A stretch of DNA of 64,000 nt, taken from NCBI GenBank assembly GCA_051362555.1, contig CM120641.1, positions 46,940,401-47,004,400 on the forward strand. The letters run 5' to 3'. The translations under genes were made by a program, and so were the position numbers. The stretch comes from Lingula anatina. Lineage: Eukaryota > Animalia > Brachiopoda. The notes under the pieces are model-generated. The model did not search any database, had not been told where the DNA came from, and was given only the letters and a program-made list of their open reading frames with translations. The first letter of the stretch is position 1, and each line of letters starts with the position of its first letter. Below, one piece after another: positions 36,551 through 50,400 of this stretch.

Positions 36551-36819
36551 GGCCTACCCAACTACCAGACTCGGCACATAAGGATCCTGAATTAACCGGT
36601 ATATCGGACCACACTTCCCGTTTTCAAGGTGTGTCAGATCACATTTCGGAGTATCATACCCCAGAACAAATTTTGTAGGACGACCGCGGGCTCATCCTGT
36701 CGGTGTTCTGACTGATACTCCGAAATGCGATCTGACACACACCTTGAAAAAAGTGGTGTGGTCCGATATACTGGTTAATTCAGGATCCTTATGTGCCGAG
36801 TCTGGTAATTGGGTAGGCC
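36551..36819. mobile_element. ~270-bp near-perfect foldback element (MITE-like) between the two genes
   Basis: Arms of ~115 bp (GGCCTACCCAACTACCAGACTCGGCACATAAGGATCCTGAATTAACC... / ...GGTTAATTCAGGATCCTTATGTGCCGAGTCTGGTAATTGGGTAGGCC) around a ~35-bp spacer. Confidence 0.8.
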
Positions 36820-37962
36820 CGGTGAAGATAAAAAGGTTTGCGGTAAACCGACGCCACCCAAGGGTCAAACTTCACGTCTAGGCCTCTAACTTTTAATGCT
36901 TAGAACGTCTATAAAATGTATAAATAACGAAAAACTTTTTAAACTGAAAAGGTGTAACAATGTGGACTTGGCGATAGAATAAAATTGGAGAAGTAGATGC
37001 TTCAGGGTGTGATGTATTGTGCAATTTAACTCAATTCATCATCGTTTGTATCATCAAAATACTGTTTAACTGTCACCAAGATGGATGACAGACTTAATCT
37101 CCTTTATAAATGCAATTTTGATATCATCATACATAGCAGAAGGTATAATAGGTCATAACGCTCAGGAAAAGATGCTATCCGTTTGTATCACAAAAATAAA
37201 AACCGATCTTCAAAGAATGTGGAAATTCGGAGGAAAAAGTCTGACTCGGTATTTAGAGTCAATAAAATACGGATATGAATTTGAAAGAAATGCAATTTTT
37301 CTAATTAGCTATTCCTGGGCTTTTTCTTTCGCAAAACGTTGTAAAATTGTAAGACAACCACGCAAACATGTAGATGTAAGCAAAATGATAAATCCTTTAT
37401 TAGTCCGCTCTAGCAGTAGATAAGAAAGCATTGACTTTCAATAGGAGTACCTCCTCTGAAAGATTAGTCAATCAAGACAATGCAAGTGGGTCGCGAACAC
37501 TTCTTACTATATTATATTGCTTGGATATAGCGCCAAAACCTATTTATTTGAGGAAAAGCAAATTCCACACGACGAAACCCGAATAAAAGCAACGGTCTAT
37601 TGAATATGTCAAGTTCAATGTCACAAAATACTTTGGATCTTCATTTATGAAGCAGGTTTTAAATGCAATCTTAATTTACCAACAGGCACTGAAGAAATGG
37701 TATGACACAGTGCTGTAAGATACAAAACTGTAAGAAACAAACCTTTCAATACATGTTTTATCCGTATGATGTACAGTAACTAAAATTAGAGAGAAAATTA
37801 AAAGCGTAAATCACAGTTTAAAATGACTTTCTCATGGATAAACGGCTATGAAGTGCTAAGAAGTTTGCATTTGCAAACGATCATAATATCGTCTTTAAGG
37901 GTAAAAACTAAACAAGCTAGTAATTTCTATATCTAGCACATTGAGTTTGTTGTCAATAGTGT

Positions 37963-38446
37963 TCAAGCAGATGATTCATCCTGCCGATCTTTTCCTGGTC
38001 GGCGACCATGTTTAGGCCGTTTCCATTGGGGCTCCTTGAACTCATGTTTGGCCGCGGCCTGGACTTGGATCAGCTTAGGTTTCGGGCGAGGTACAGCCCC
38101 CACTGGTGCCATCAGCCCAGTTAACATCGCAAGACCTGGCATAGCATCTGCATCTTCTTCCTCTTGGTTCACGTTAGACGCATCCAGAGGCGGCTCCTCG
38201 GGGGTGTTGGTGACATCACTCTCTGGCGCTACACTGGGACTTTCCTCAACACTGGGCTGGTCTTCAAACTGGTCTTCGGCGTCTTCTACTTCTAAATCAT
38301 CCACGCTGCCTGGCATAGAATAAACAGCCTGCTTAGTAGGAGTCCGTAGAGTTGGCTCACGGTCACTGACGGCCGTCGGTGTTTCTGGTTCTTGCTGCCA
38401 GCGCATCACTTCCTTTAGTGACACTGTGTCTACTTCTGGGTCTCTC
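37963..38446 (-). CDS. Gene B last exon: acidic, Pro/Ser-rich cytoplasmic tail with stop codon
   Basis: ORF 37963..38460; acceptor at 38447; TGA at 37963-37965. Confidence 0.82.
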
Positions 38447-41400
38447 CTGTGAAAATACATGTAAAAGATAGTGGTTCACTGATTTCACTCTAAATAGGCG
38501 ATTCTAAATTGATTAAAACCAACATTAAACACAGATATATGTACGAAGATCAATGGAAAGATTTCATCATACCAATATTTAATATCGCTTAACTGACCTG
38601 ACAGGTTTCACTTTGGCGTTGGGCGTCGACTTCTTCTTGAACAAGAAAGCACCAACTAGTAATGAGATTCCAGCAAAGAGGAGGAACACACAAGTGACAG
38701 GTAGCTTCCAATAGTTGAGGATACATTCGTGATGAGCTATCTTATCCACACAGTCGTAGAACGTGGGGCATGGCTCAGCGGCACATTCGTTGATCTCACT
38801 CTCACAGCGCTGTCCATGGTAGCCGGGGTCACAGAGGCAACTGTAGCCATTAAATGAAGTGGAGCGACCAATTCCTGCACAATTCCGATCTTGGCCATCT
38901 CCAAGACATTGGCCGAATTCACATGGATTGGCGAGAACATAAACGTGGAAAAAAACCATCGGAGCAAATGGCGATCGCTTCTTTGAGTCTTTTCCTGTCA
39001 CATTGAATGTCACTTCTCCGTGGAAGTACCGAGACGTGTTGATATAAAGTTTGGCAACTTTCACAGAACCATTCACTTTCATTTCATCGAAGAAGTTTTG
39101 TTCAGTCTTGTTCGTTTCGTTGAAGATAATGGTATAGTTTTCTCCCATGAGTCCATTTGCGATAAACTGCAGCCTCTCGTCCTTATCTGGATCGAACAAA
39201 ATCAGATCTCCTAAATATTTCAGTTCTGCTTTGCCTTCGATGGAAAAGTTAACAGTTGTCGGATTTCCAATCTTCTTGGTAGAGCCCTGTCTTTTGAAAT
39301 AAAGCAATGCGGGGTCGTTGGTGCCGTTAACATGCAGTTTAACTTCTGATGTCACACTATAAGGACGAATGTTCTTAAGTGCGGGAGATACCTCTGTCAC
39401 CCTCACAGTCACTGTATCTGTCCCACTGAAATCTTCCTCCGGTATGTATGTCAGCACGCCGTGAGAGGAGACATTAGCGTACCCATGGTGTGGTGATCTG
39501 GCCAGCTCAAATAATACGTCGTCATCTTCCGGGTCGTGAAAGGATAGGATTTCTCTGAAGTCTTTCTGATCCTCCATAAGGTAGAGATCGGTAGTGGTAA
39601 GCGTCGGTGGGTTATTCACGATATCTGGACTCACAATAACCAGTGCTAATTGTGTGGGCGAAATCTGTGTACCAGTGGACCTTTTGTGAGGGGCATCATG
39701 CCGGGGCTGGTTGAGGCGACACACCTGAAGAGAAAACATACTTTATTTTGAGATATTTGATATTTAATAATACGTACATACGTCCTAAATGACAACTTTA
39801 CCATACAGAAAGCTAAGACATGACCAGTCGAGTTTTCGAAAGTTTTCGAAACACATTTATATCGTTTTCTTTAACTTTTAAAAGTCCGTGTTTTATTTCG
39901 AAGTCAATATAATCTTCATGTAAATCCTTTATTCTAATAAATATTAGAATAAATAAATATTTAATTTTACTAATTTAATTCGGACTCATTTATCTATTAA
40001 CCTTTAATTTTTTGGTTGCAAGTTTTCAAATAAACTTATTATAGAAATATTATAATTATAGTACAGCATTAATTAAACATTAGGAAAAAAGAAGGCGTTG
40101 ATAATAAAATCTACAGTGGTAAGAGTAATTAAGCATGATTGCACTTAATTAGCGCATGGTTACTAATACGTACCCGTGCTTTGATGGTTTTGGTATTATA
40201 GTCCACTGATTGAACTACATCACACTCTTCGTTTATCTGATGCCATCGCCGGGTTTCTGAGCAGATCAATAGATAAAGTTTATAAATTAATAATTAAACG
40301 AATGGATAGATAAATATGTGAATTAATAGATTCAGGAAGCCGTATATGTTGACGTGGAAGTGGTCCCCAATGCGGAGTTGCGTACAATTATTGTCCAGTG
40401 TACAGTTGCGTTAATGTCGCACAATGTAATTTTATGGAAATTATGAGGTTTTGGACGGTCACTTTTAATTGTAAAAGTAAAAGTAATGTCTGTTGGTTTT
40501 TTTCCAAATTCTAAATAAATTCTTAAGGCCAATATAACCTGTGTTCCAATATATCAGCTCCGGTTGTAGTCCTTGTCTTACAGAGTCTGGGTCAAATTCT
40601 ACTACCACTTCCAGATTGTCAGTAAGGATTGCATGGCCTGCCGGAGACACGAAGAAAGAGGTGTCCGTTGTGCCGCGAATTCTAAGAAAGACATTACATT
40701 CGTAAGACGGTTGTTACAGCAATGACCTATTGTTACAGCAATGATGTCACTGCCCCCTTCAATGAACCATTTTACGATTAATCATATTTAACCTATGTTT
40801 TAAGTACTGCAGGAAGGTATAGGCTACGGTCGGAAATGCTGAATTTCAGATAAGTGATCATTTACTCGTGTGTTTCCGTTTGTCTACTAAAAGTGCAACT
40901 GAATTTACCAATCCAATGGAATGCCGGTATTAACTGTCAGATTTACCTCTGATACAGCGTTCTTGAGACCTTATTGGCAGTGTATTCAGGGTCCTGTATG
41001 TAACTGTTGAAGGTTGCAGATGCAGCACTGCCGTAGTGGACCTGAAAGTCATCGGCTGAGAGCAGACCTGCCAAAACTGCACCACTATCACCTAGAACAA
41101 AACCAGCCATTATAATGTCTTCATGCATTTACAGTGTATGTGCAAGATCCACCACCGAAATACTTGTTTTGTAATTGCTATTCTAAATCACAATGGACAT
41201 GCTTGGAAGTGTGTATTTGGAGAAGATACAGCTACGATGTGAGCGTTTGTACTTATACCTTTCATGTTTATGTCCACAACATTCTCTGTAACGGCTTGGT
41301 CACCCCCTGTAAATATATGGTATGAAGATTCTTGTCCTGTTATAGGTCAATGTTTAACTGTTAACAATTTGAGGTAATAACAGTAAAATATATCAACACT

Positions 41401-44400
41401 TTACATGTGCTACATGATTTTTTGATGATTTAATGGACTTTTGATGACAAAGTTTCAAAATATACTACTTAATATAAACGTGCTTCATTTATACATGCGA
41501 AAGACACTTTTAAGAAGTGCTTCTAGCTGTATATATTCAGGCAGGAGAAATACTTTGTAATGATAATCTTTTTGAAATTACTGTTTTACCTTTCTGATTA
41601 GCATTATGTGACATATCTTTCCGAAGGACGAGATTTATCCCATTTTGCTTAAGCTCCATAACTGTATCCTTTGGTCCTGTAATTCACAAAAAATAGAAGT
41701 CAACAAAGAGTAATATATGTACATAAACTAAAATTCTGCACTGTTATAAATCGAGGAATTCATTTAATCCGTAACCTGACATCGATCACTTACGTTTAAT
41801 ACAGGTTGTCAGGTTCGCAACAGGAGCAGACTTGTGTGCCTTGCTGGTGGCAATCAGACTTTGGTGAAGACACCTCCCTGGTTCCATGGAAAAGAAACTG
41901 TTCTTCCTGATCTCTTCGTTGCTCTTGTTAGACGCACTGTGGTTTGCCATAACAGAAATACTCATGTTGGCGTCCACATCATTCATAATTAGTTTCCCAT
42001 TCAATATAGCCACTTTCGTAGAGTTGGTGACTCCGATCTTTGAGCGGGGGAAGATGTCGGATTCCCCATCTGCCGAGCCTATCTGCCATTCTGGAAGGCA
42101 ATGTTAAAGATTCAATGAGAACACATGATGGACGGATTAATACTGGTCGATGTTTAACCTAGAAATTAGATATATATCAAAACTATGATTATATCATTGA
42201 TCCCAGTAAAGCTAAAATCAGATTTATCTTTTACTTCAAGACTAAATGATGTGTATGCATCAGCCATCTTCAGTGATTCGGGTGTACTCACCATAATACT
42301 CCACAGTTTCTGATCCTTTTGACCATTCCAAGGCTGTCTCATGTGAATTGTCCGTCGCATAAACGCCCGGTATATTTGGCAGCGGGGACACGCCAGGCGG
42401 TTTAACCGTGTCCTTCAGACCTGCGACACTTGGGACCTCTGTGTCTACTGTCACGTGACATGTTGTCATGGTGCTCTGTCCTGCTGCATTGTTTGCTCGC
42501 ACTGACACATAATACGTGCGATATTGTTGAAGGGGCTGTGTGAAGTTGTTCAAAATAACCCTATTATTGAGACCAACGGAATAAAAGGAAACGACATTGT
42601 CATGTCCTGTTGTTGTTCCAACAGCGACATCGTATCTTACAATGTCACTGATGTCTTCTTCACAGTCCCAGTATGCCCCAATACTCTCATCGGTGCCCAC
42701 ATATTCCACAGGTTCTTCCATGGAGTATGGTGGATCTAAACAGTGTATTAATGTACAGTTGGGTGGAGTAGTGTCGACCGTGATTCCCTGAGACGATACG
42801 GTTGTTTCAAGCCCAGCGTGATTTACTGTTTTAATTATCATAAAGTAGACAGCAGCGTTGGGGGTAGTAGAATCCTTGTTTATATCATCACTATTCTTCT
42901 CCCTCACTGGAGCAAGGGTCAAATTATTTAAAAGAACAATTTGCGGGAATTCCAAAAGAGGGCACCCAAGGCTGCACGTCATATCGCATTCGTACTGACA
43001 TGGTGAACAGAACTTCTTGTACAAATGAAGCGGAACTACATCATCTATGAGGTTATTGTAGCGGCCAACGCCAACCCACAGTTCCTTCAACTTGCTTTCA
43101 AGGTCATAAAATGGTCTTCCAAAGTGACAAGGTTTATCCCTTGGAAGTGGAATCTCCAAGTATTTCAACGTGGCCTGGGTTTGAAATGGGTGAAACACAT
43201 CGACTACCTCAGGAACGAAGTCGTTTCTGCTCCATGTCCGTATCTTAAGGTACCCCTTTGGCTTTATGATGTTAAAAAGAGCAGCTTTGAATTCATTGTT
43301 GATGTGCAGCTTTGCATTCCAACTCGTTCTTGTGGGGTAATCTTCTTTTTCTATCTGTATGGTGTATGTCGCCGCTTTTGACGTTGGATCAAAAGATAGC
43401 TCCACCCACTCCGACTCACGACCATCTTCATTTGTACACCAGAAGATACAATACCACTTCACATTTGATCCAACACTATGTCCCAATATGTGCAGACCCA
43501 CGCCTGGTACCAAGTGGAATTGATTGGCGATATTTGCCGATCCATTTATCGTAATGTTTGCATGTACAGCTTTTCTACTATCCTTTTGTGCCGTTGTAGT
43601 ACTGTTCTTGTTTGTTCCATTGACAACACCTCCTGAAGTTAAATTATCACTTCGGAATTCAATAGAAGAGTTTTGGAACATATCCGAGGAAGGGGGATCG
43701 AGAATAACTGGATCTTCAAATGGAAATATCTCATCGTTGTCTCCTTTGCTCAAAGTCACACTTGTGATTATGGATTCCCCTTCAGCGGCTTGCAGGAAAA
43801 AAGAAAAATTGCCCAAAACATCAGATGACAGTGAGCGTTTCACCCCCGCTAACTCGAGATGAAATCGGTACTTGTCATGCCCTGTAAGCAGCACGAGCTG
43901 ACCAGAGGAAGTCTTAACATTGTCGGGGTGGTAATATGGTTGTGGTATGTCTGATAGCCGAGGTGATGACTTTAAAATTGACATGCCTTCCGGGAGCTTA
44001 CTAGAGAACTGAATGCGTTTTGTTGATGGACAAATGGCGGTTATAGTATCCTGAGCAATGCCTATCATGCCTTGTAAGGTCGTCGTTGATGCCTGGTATA
44101 GGTCTGATATTTTCCAGTTGCTACCGTGTTTTACATCGCCGGGGAATGGTGGGGTGTCATCTACAAAAATAGGGTCGCTCCAATATGTTGTGGATAACCC
44201 AGCCTCGTTTGATGCCTGGAGTTTTACATAGTACGGTACACGCGGTTTGAGTCGAAGATGGGTGAACTCTATCGTACTATCATTGGTCATTTTAACAGGA
44301 CCCTGAATCAATGATAACTCGGCATCATTTAAATGGATGCTTGAACACACTAGTCGTTGGAAAAGGGAGACTTCATACATTACAATTTGGGTCTCAGGAT

Positions 44401-47400
44401 CTCTAAACCCTGACCAAGTGGCTGTAAGTGTTTCTGCAGAAGCAGCATATAATGCGTTAGTTCCTTCAAGGCCCACTACAACTTTACCTGGCAATGGAGG
44501 GGTGGTATCTATCAGTATCGGGGGACTGGCGGCAATACCACAGTTGCTGGCGGCATCTGTTGCCTTGACAACTATGTAATATGTATGGCCGTGAATCAGT
44601 GCCAAATTACTCAGCTTCACTGTTGTATCAGTACCAACACTCGTCATAACTGTCCGATTGAGTACAAAATTGTTGTGATCCTGTAAGTCTTCACAGTGTA
44701 TACTTTTGTTAGATAAAGCCCTTACAAACTCTGCATCAGTTGACACGCCCACCTGATAGTCTCTAATCTGCAAATCCGATAAAAATCCTTCCCATGAAGC
44801 TTGTAATTCTTTGGTTGATGACTCAAACATCTTAACAAAGACGGTACCGGGTTTGATGTAGTCTTCGTATCCAACTTTAATGCCATTAGAGCTCACCTCA
44901 GTCATACTTCCGGCTTCACTGTAGGCTCTCACAGTGACATAGTAAGTTGTAGTTTTTGCTGTCAGATTTAATCCGTTAAACGAATGGTTTCTTGAAAGGC
45001 CGACGTTTAGAAATGCGTGCACGTTCATTCTAGTCAACGCATACCTCCTGTCATTACCTAAAGCTATCTCATAGTGATCAATGCGTTGGCTAGGATCTTT
45101 GGAATGTGAATCACCAAACGGTCCCCAGTTGGCGGACAGGTGTGTAGTGGACTGCTGGTAGTTAATATCTGTGTCCTGGCCGTCAGCAACATAGCCTGGG
45201 ATTGGAGGTTCTATTTTGACGGTAAATCCATTGGACCTGGCCGTCTGCGTGCGGTTAATGGCGTCTATAATCGTCACGATGCTATAGTAGGTTTTATCGT
45301 TTTCCAGATCAGTCTCATCATTAATCAGGTAATGGTCAGAGGGAGGGACTCGAGACGGGGGTTTAATAATAATACCATCAACCCGAACAACAGACCACAA
45401 AACTTCTTGCAAGGGGCAGGGATCTTGATAGTCCCAGTATGCAGATACTGATGACAAATCGGTTTGAAAATTTATGTCATGTCCATCACTTCCATCAACG
45501 ACTGATAGCATGGGATGAGGGGAAACAATGATGCCTTCAGAAACAACAGCACCATAAAGACCACCCTTGTTAAATCCTCGGACAGAGGCATAAACTGTAG
45601 ACGCAGGAGGTAATGCTAAACCATCTATAAATTTTGATGTATTCAGTCCAACATCATGAAACCCCATCACATCCGTACCTTGGAAGTAGCTTCCAAGGGC
45701 AAGTTCATAGCGATCAATGTCACTTTCTGGATCGTCGAACTTCTCCCATAACACCTCAACATATGTTCCAGAAACCTGACATTTGGGGAAATGAACATCA
45801 CTTCCTTTAGGTGCAGACGATGTGGTTATGTGAATAAGACCCGGCAGTGGAGGAGTGGTGTCTATGGCGACTTCAGCAACAGATATGGAATTTAAATGGA
45901 CCAAATTTTCTGATTTCAAAGTGACAAACACACGGGTCGTGTTGGAGGGCACAACCTGCGGCTTTAGTACAATCATCCAGTCACTCTTATGGATGCCAAG
46001 ATCTGAGAATGGTGCCAAATCATCTTTGGAATAGTCCGAACCAACACCTACTTGAATCCGTTTAACTTTACTCTCGACATCAATAATAGGCTTCCATTCA
46101 CAGTGAACTGTGGTCTGTAAAGGAGAAATGGTATCCATACACTTGAAGTTCTTGATAACAGGAGAAGTCGCATCCATGGCTAAGGCAGGGGACGTTAAAA
46201 TTCTCTGGTTGCCTGCATTGTCTGTAGCTGTTAATGTGAGGAAGATGGTCTCGCCTTGCTTTGCTGATATGACCCCATTGGGAAGTTTCGATGTCGTGGT
46301 GTAGATTTCAGGGACCTTGTCGGAATAACCTGGTAAATGCCCGGCTTTCCATGTCACGTTTGCCACTCCACGACCAGTGTCAGATACATTCCATTTGGGT
46401 AGGACCTTTTCAGGGGAGGCCTCATATACCACCTTGTTAGTGACTGCCTGGGTACCTTCAACGATCTGATTAAATCTGATGTTAGGGGGCGAAGCATCCA
46501 CCGTTATTCCATCTGAAACTGACACTATAAAATCTTCGTGGCACTTGTGCCCAGTATTAGCTCTAATGGCAGTGTAAACGATTTGGTCATAAGGAAGATC
46601 TAGATTCCCTTGAGCAATACCGGAGGTTTCATTTACCATTACTATGCCATAGGAGGAATAGTCCCGGATATCTGACAACCCAGGTGCCGACCCTATTGCC
46701 CACTCATACGCTGTAATGCCACAAGCCTCACTCTCGAAGCCTACAAAACTGCAAGCTATGGATGAAATGTCTTTCTGCGAGTTAGAATCATGCAGGAACT
46801 CTCTTCCATCGGATACAGTGCCGGGGACATTATCTCTCAACACAACGATAGGTTTTGATGAACATGGGTGGGATTCCAATCCAGCACCGTTTAAGGCAAT
46901 GACGGTGACATAATACGTATAACCACTTGATGCTGTAACATTAAGTTGGACAGGTATATAACCATGGTCTACACTGCCAAAGTCAATAAACTGTTTTGTT
47001 ACAGACATATCACCTGGTTTAACACCAACGCCGACCAAATACCTGATAATGCCACTCTCCCCATCATGGCCGAGCCAGGAAACCTCTATACCATTTGAGT
47101 CGACATGTAAAACACGGTTCTCTTCATCAAGTTCTTCTTCCTCTTCAAAAAGGCCAATGTGTACCTGTATTGTATAAATACACAAAGCAGTAGGTTATGT
47201 TCTTGTGTCTGACGGAACATGAATATATAAAACTAAGTGATTTATTATTTCGTTATATCAGTTAGCATGACTTACTTCTTTCATATCAGGTGGAGTTGTG
47301 TCGATTATTACTCCTGTGGTCTCGTGGCTGGCGGAGAGAAGAGCTCTGTTCATGGCGGTCACCTGGAGGCTGTACTTCGCGCCATTTAGCAGCTGCAATG

Positions 47401-50400
47401 ACTGGTTGAATATGAATTGTGGTTCAGCTTCCGTCATGTTGAATGTTTTGTCATGTTGGTCAATTGGCCACAGTTTCTGCTTCTGTCCTTGATAGAGTTG
47501 AAATATAGTGACACGGTATTCCAAGATCCCCGACTCTTCGTCCCCATATTGCCAACGACCATATATGTAGGAGTCACTGGCTTGATACATGAGTCCCTCT
47601 TCGGACTGGATGATGTATTTCAACACTGGTGGAGTGAGATCTATGGAGTAGCCGTCTGTGTTTGTCGAGGACATCAAACCAGCCCCATTCAGACCACGCA
47701 CTGTTGTCTGAACGTTGTCACCATGGTGTAGGGAAAAAGTGTGCTTCTCAAAATGCTGCTCCTTTCCCAGTTGGATTGCGTCGACCTCCTCTCTGTTCAC
47801 CAGAACGCTCACTTCGTAGTGGTCAATACCACTTTCTGGGTCGTGAAATCCACCCCAAACTGCAGATACGGTGGCAGTCTCAGCTGAGAAGTCGACATCT
47901 TGGTTGTGACTGAGGCCGTCGACAGCCCATCCGGGGACTGGGTTCGTCATGTCAAGAAGTACTGCAAAGTAAAAGTATCACTCATCATACAGACGCACAA
48001 ATTCTTTTTTATTATATCTTTGCTTCAAAACGATATTATATAGCACACTTTTTTTCAGACTGAAGTATACTTACGTCCATCCGATGTTCTGTTGACAGAC
48101 TTAGGGTTAAGACCATGGTTGAAAGCGGTGACAGTAGCATAGTATGTGGTGTTGTGGGTAAGGTTGGCCGCCATGCAAGCTTCTTTGGTGGAGTGGCTGA
48201 CATCAAAGGGCTTCGCGACATCGTCTGATCCAGGTGCACTCCCTACTTGTACAGAATATCTACGAAATGAATATAAAAGTAAATTACAAGGAGCACATAA
48301 TCAATATGGAAAATAGTGTTATGAATCTATAACGTACTGTCTGTGGTCACTAATGAGTGTTAAGTGCTTGAAGTCATTAAAATAGAAAGAAGTAGAATGA
48401 AAATGACTAATATCTATTTGTTATATGGACCTGTCTATTCCAGATTCTGGATCATAAAAACCCTTCCAATGGACGCAAATACTGTCGTTATTGGCCTGGT
48501 AGTCACTGTCGATGTGAAGATCGCTACCATCAAACAGTTCTCCGGGAATGGGGTTAGAACGGTCGATCATTACTGGTTGTTCCCCATGGCCAGTAGTAAA
48601 AAGCTCAACTGGAACGATAGGGTAATTTGGTGCCTAATTTAGAAATGATTCCGCCATTTAAGTTTAACCCTATCGCACCCAATAACACTGTTTTAGTCGT
48701 ACCGGTTACATCTGGTTTAACGAAGATTGAGAGTGCATAAGACATTGTATGTACTTATTAAAAGTTAAATATTGCCGTTTCACTTGTTATATTTACCGTT
48801 GTTGACCGCCCGGACTCTCACCCATACAGGTACTCCATCCGGAATCCCTGGTTCATCCAGGGAAATGTAACTTCCGGTAAGCTTCCTTACAATGTGATCA
48901 TGCATTGAAAATGGTCGAATCTTTGCGTCATATTTAGTTTTACCTAAGGCAAAATCTACCCTCATTATGCCAGACAATGGGTCGGACACGTTGTAATAAA
49001 CGGCCATAATGTCAAAGTCTTCGTCGTATATTACATCATCGATTCCATTGAATATCGGTTTAGTAGTGTCAACAATAATGGGCGTGGTGTGGCATACAGT
49101 TGTCACCAAGGAACCGCCGTAGTGTACGTTATTTAAAGCTTGAACAGTCACGTAGTACGGGCCATCAGCAAGATGCAGGTGCTTGGCCAAACCATTGTGT
49201 GTCCAGAATGACTTTCCTGACAGGTGCGAGTGTGGGTCGTCATACGGTTGGACATCAGTTCCACAGACAGTTGAACCAGCTGCCCAAGTGTAACCCCAGA
49301 TATCAGTCTCGTCGTCATGGAAGCCATCCCAATTAGCTACAAAATACGATGATTATCAGTAGATTTCCATATAAACATACATGTATAATATTATATATCA
49401 TATTGTTCAATATAGTAACATCACAGATGTAAACAGTTATTGACAAGTGGAGTTCTGCTACCAGGTGTTCCATCAGAAACGCTTTTGATAAATTTATACA
49501 TAAATAAATAATCTTCCTACCTGAGATGTAGTGGTTGGCAAGGGTATACTTTGTGTCCTTGAGGGGATGATGTCCATTGAATACAGTGTTAGAGCCAGGG
49601 CCATCATGGATGTATCTACAAATTAACGCTCATGATAAGACGCCTTCTTTGATGGAAGCAGAGATCATACACATTGGGCATTAAGGACAGTAAGTAATGA
49701 CATAAAGACGGCGAATGTGTCCTTTTGTTCTTAACCATAAATGCAATTCTCTTAAAAAGTGAATTTCAGGGAAACTACACGCTATTCTTTATTTGGAAAA
49801 AATGGGACAATACTAATTAAGAACATAACTTATTGAAGGAAATACCTGTGATTGGGATGCCAAGTGACGTCAATGCACCGCTGTGTTACAGCTGCCGAAC
49901 AACCATCGGGTCTTACGACATCCACAGATGCGTTTCCTATAGGACCTGGTTCTGGTGGAGTAAAGTCGACTAGTGTTCCCTTTGTTGATATAATCGATGT
50001 GTACCCAAGCTCATTTGTTATCCTAGTGTTGATATAATACACTTCGCCGTGCTGTAAATCAAGGTTGTCAAATTCCAGAAATGACGTATGACCCACTCCA
50101 ATCCGTTCAAAGTTGTGATACGCCCCGCTGGTAGCCAGTTTAGCCATTGCTCCCTCAAGAAATTCGTGCAAGTCACATGTAGTAGTCTTATAGTCGTAAT
50201 CAAAGGCAACACATTTCAGACCAAAGTCTAAGCATGTTTTCGCACATTTCACATCTGTATCTGTCTGTATGGTTTTGATAGGCTGGGCTGTTAGTTTTCC
50301 TGTTCTGCCGGCAGAAAAATGAGACAGTTCATTTTTGATTTCTTGGTTTATGGACATTTTATCTGGAGAGAAAGGCTGCCAGTTAACAACTTCAGCGTTT

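Noticed and set aside
37085-37423. 112-aa plus-strand ORF in the intergenic region
   Set aside because: AT-rich, no motifs; probably chance, within or near the gene B 3' UTR.
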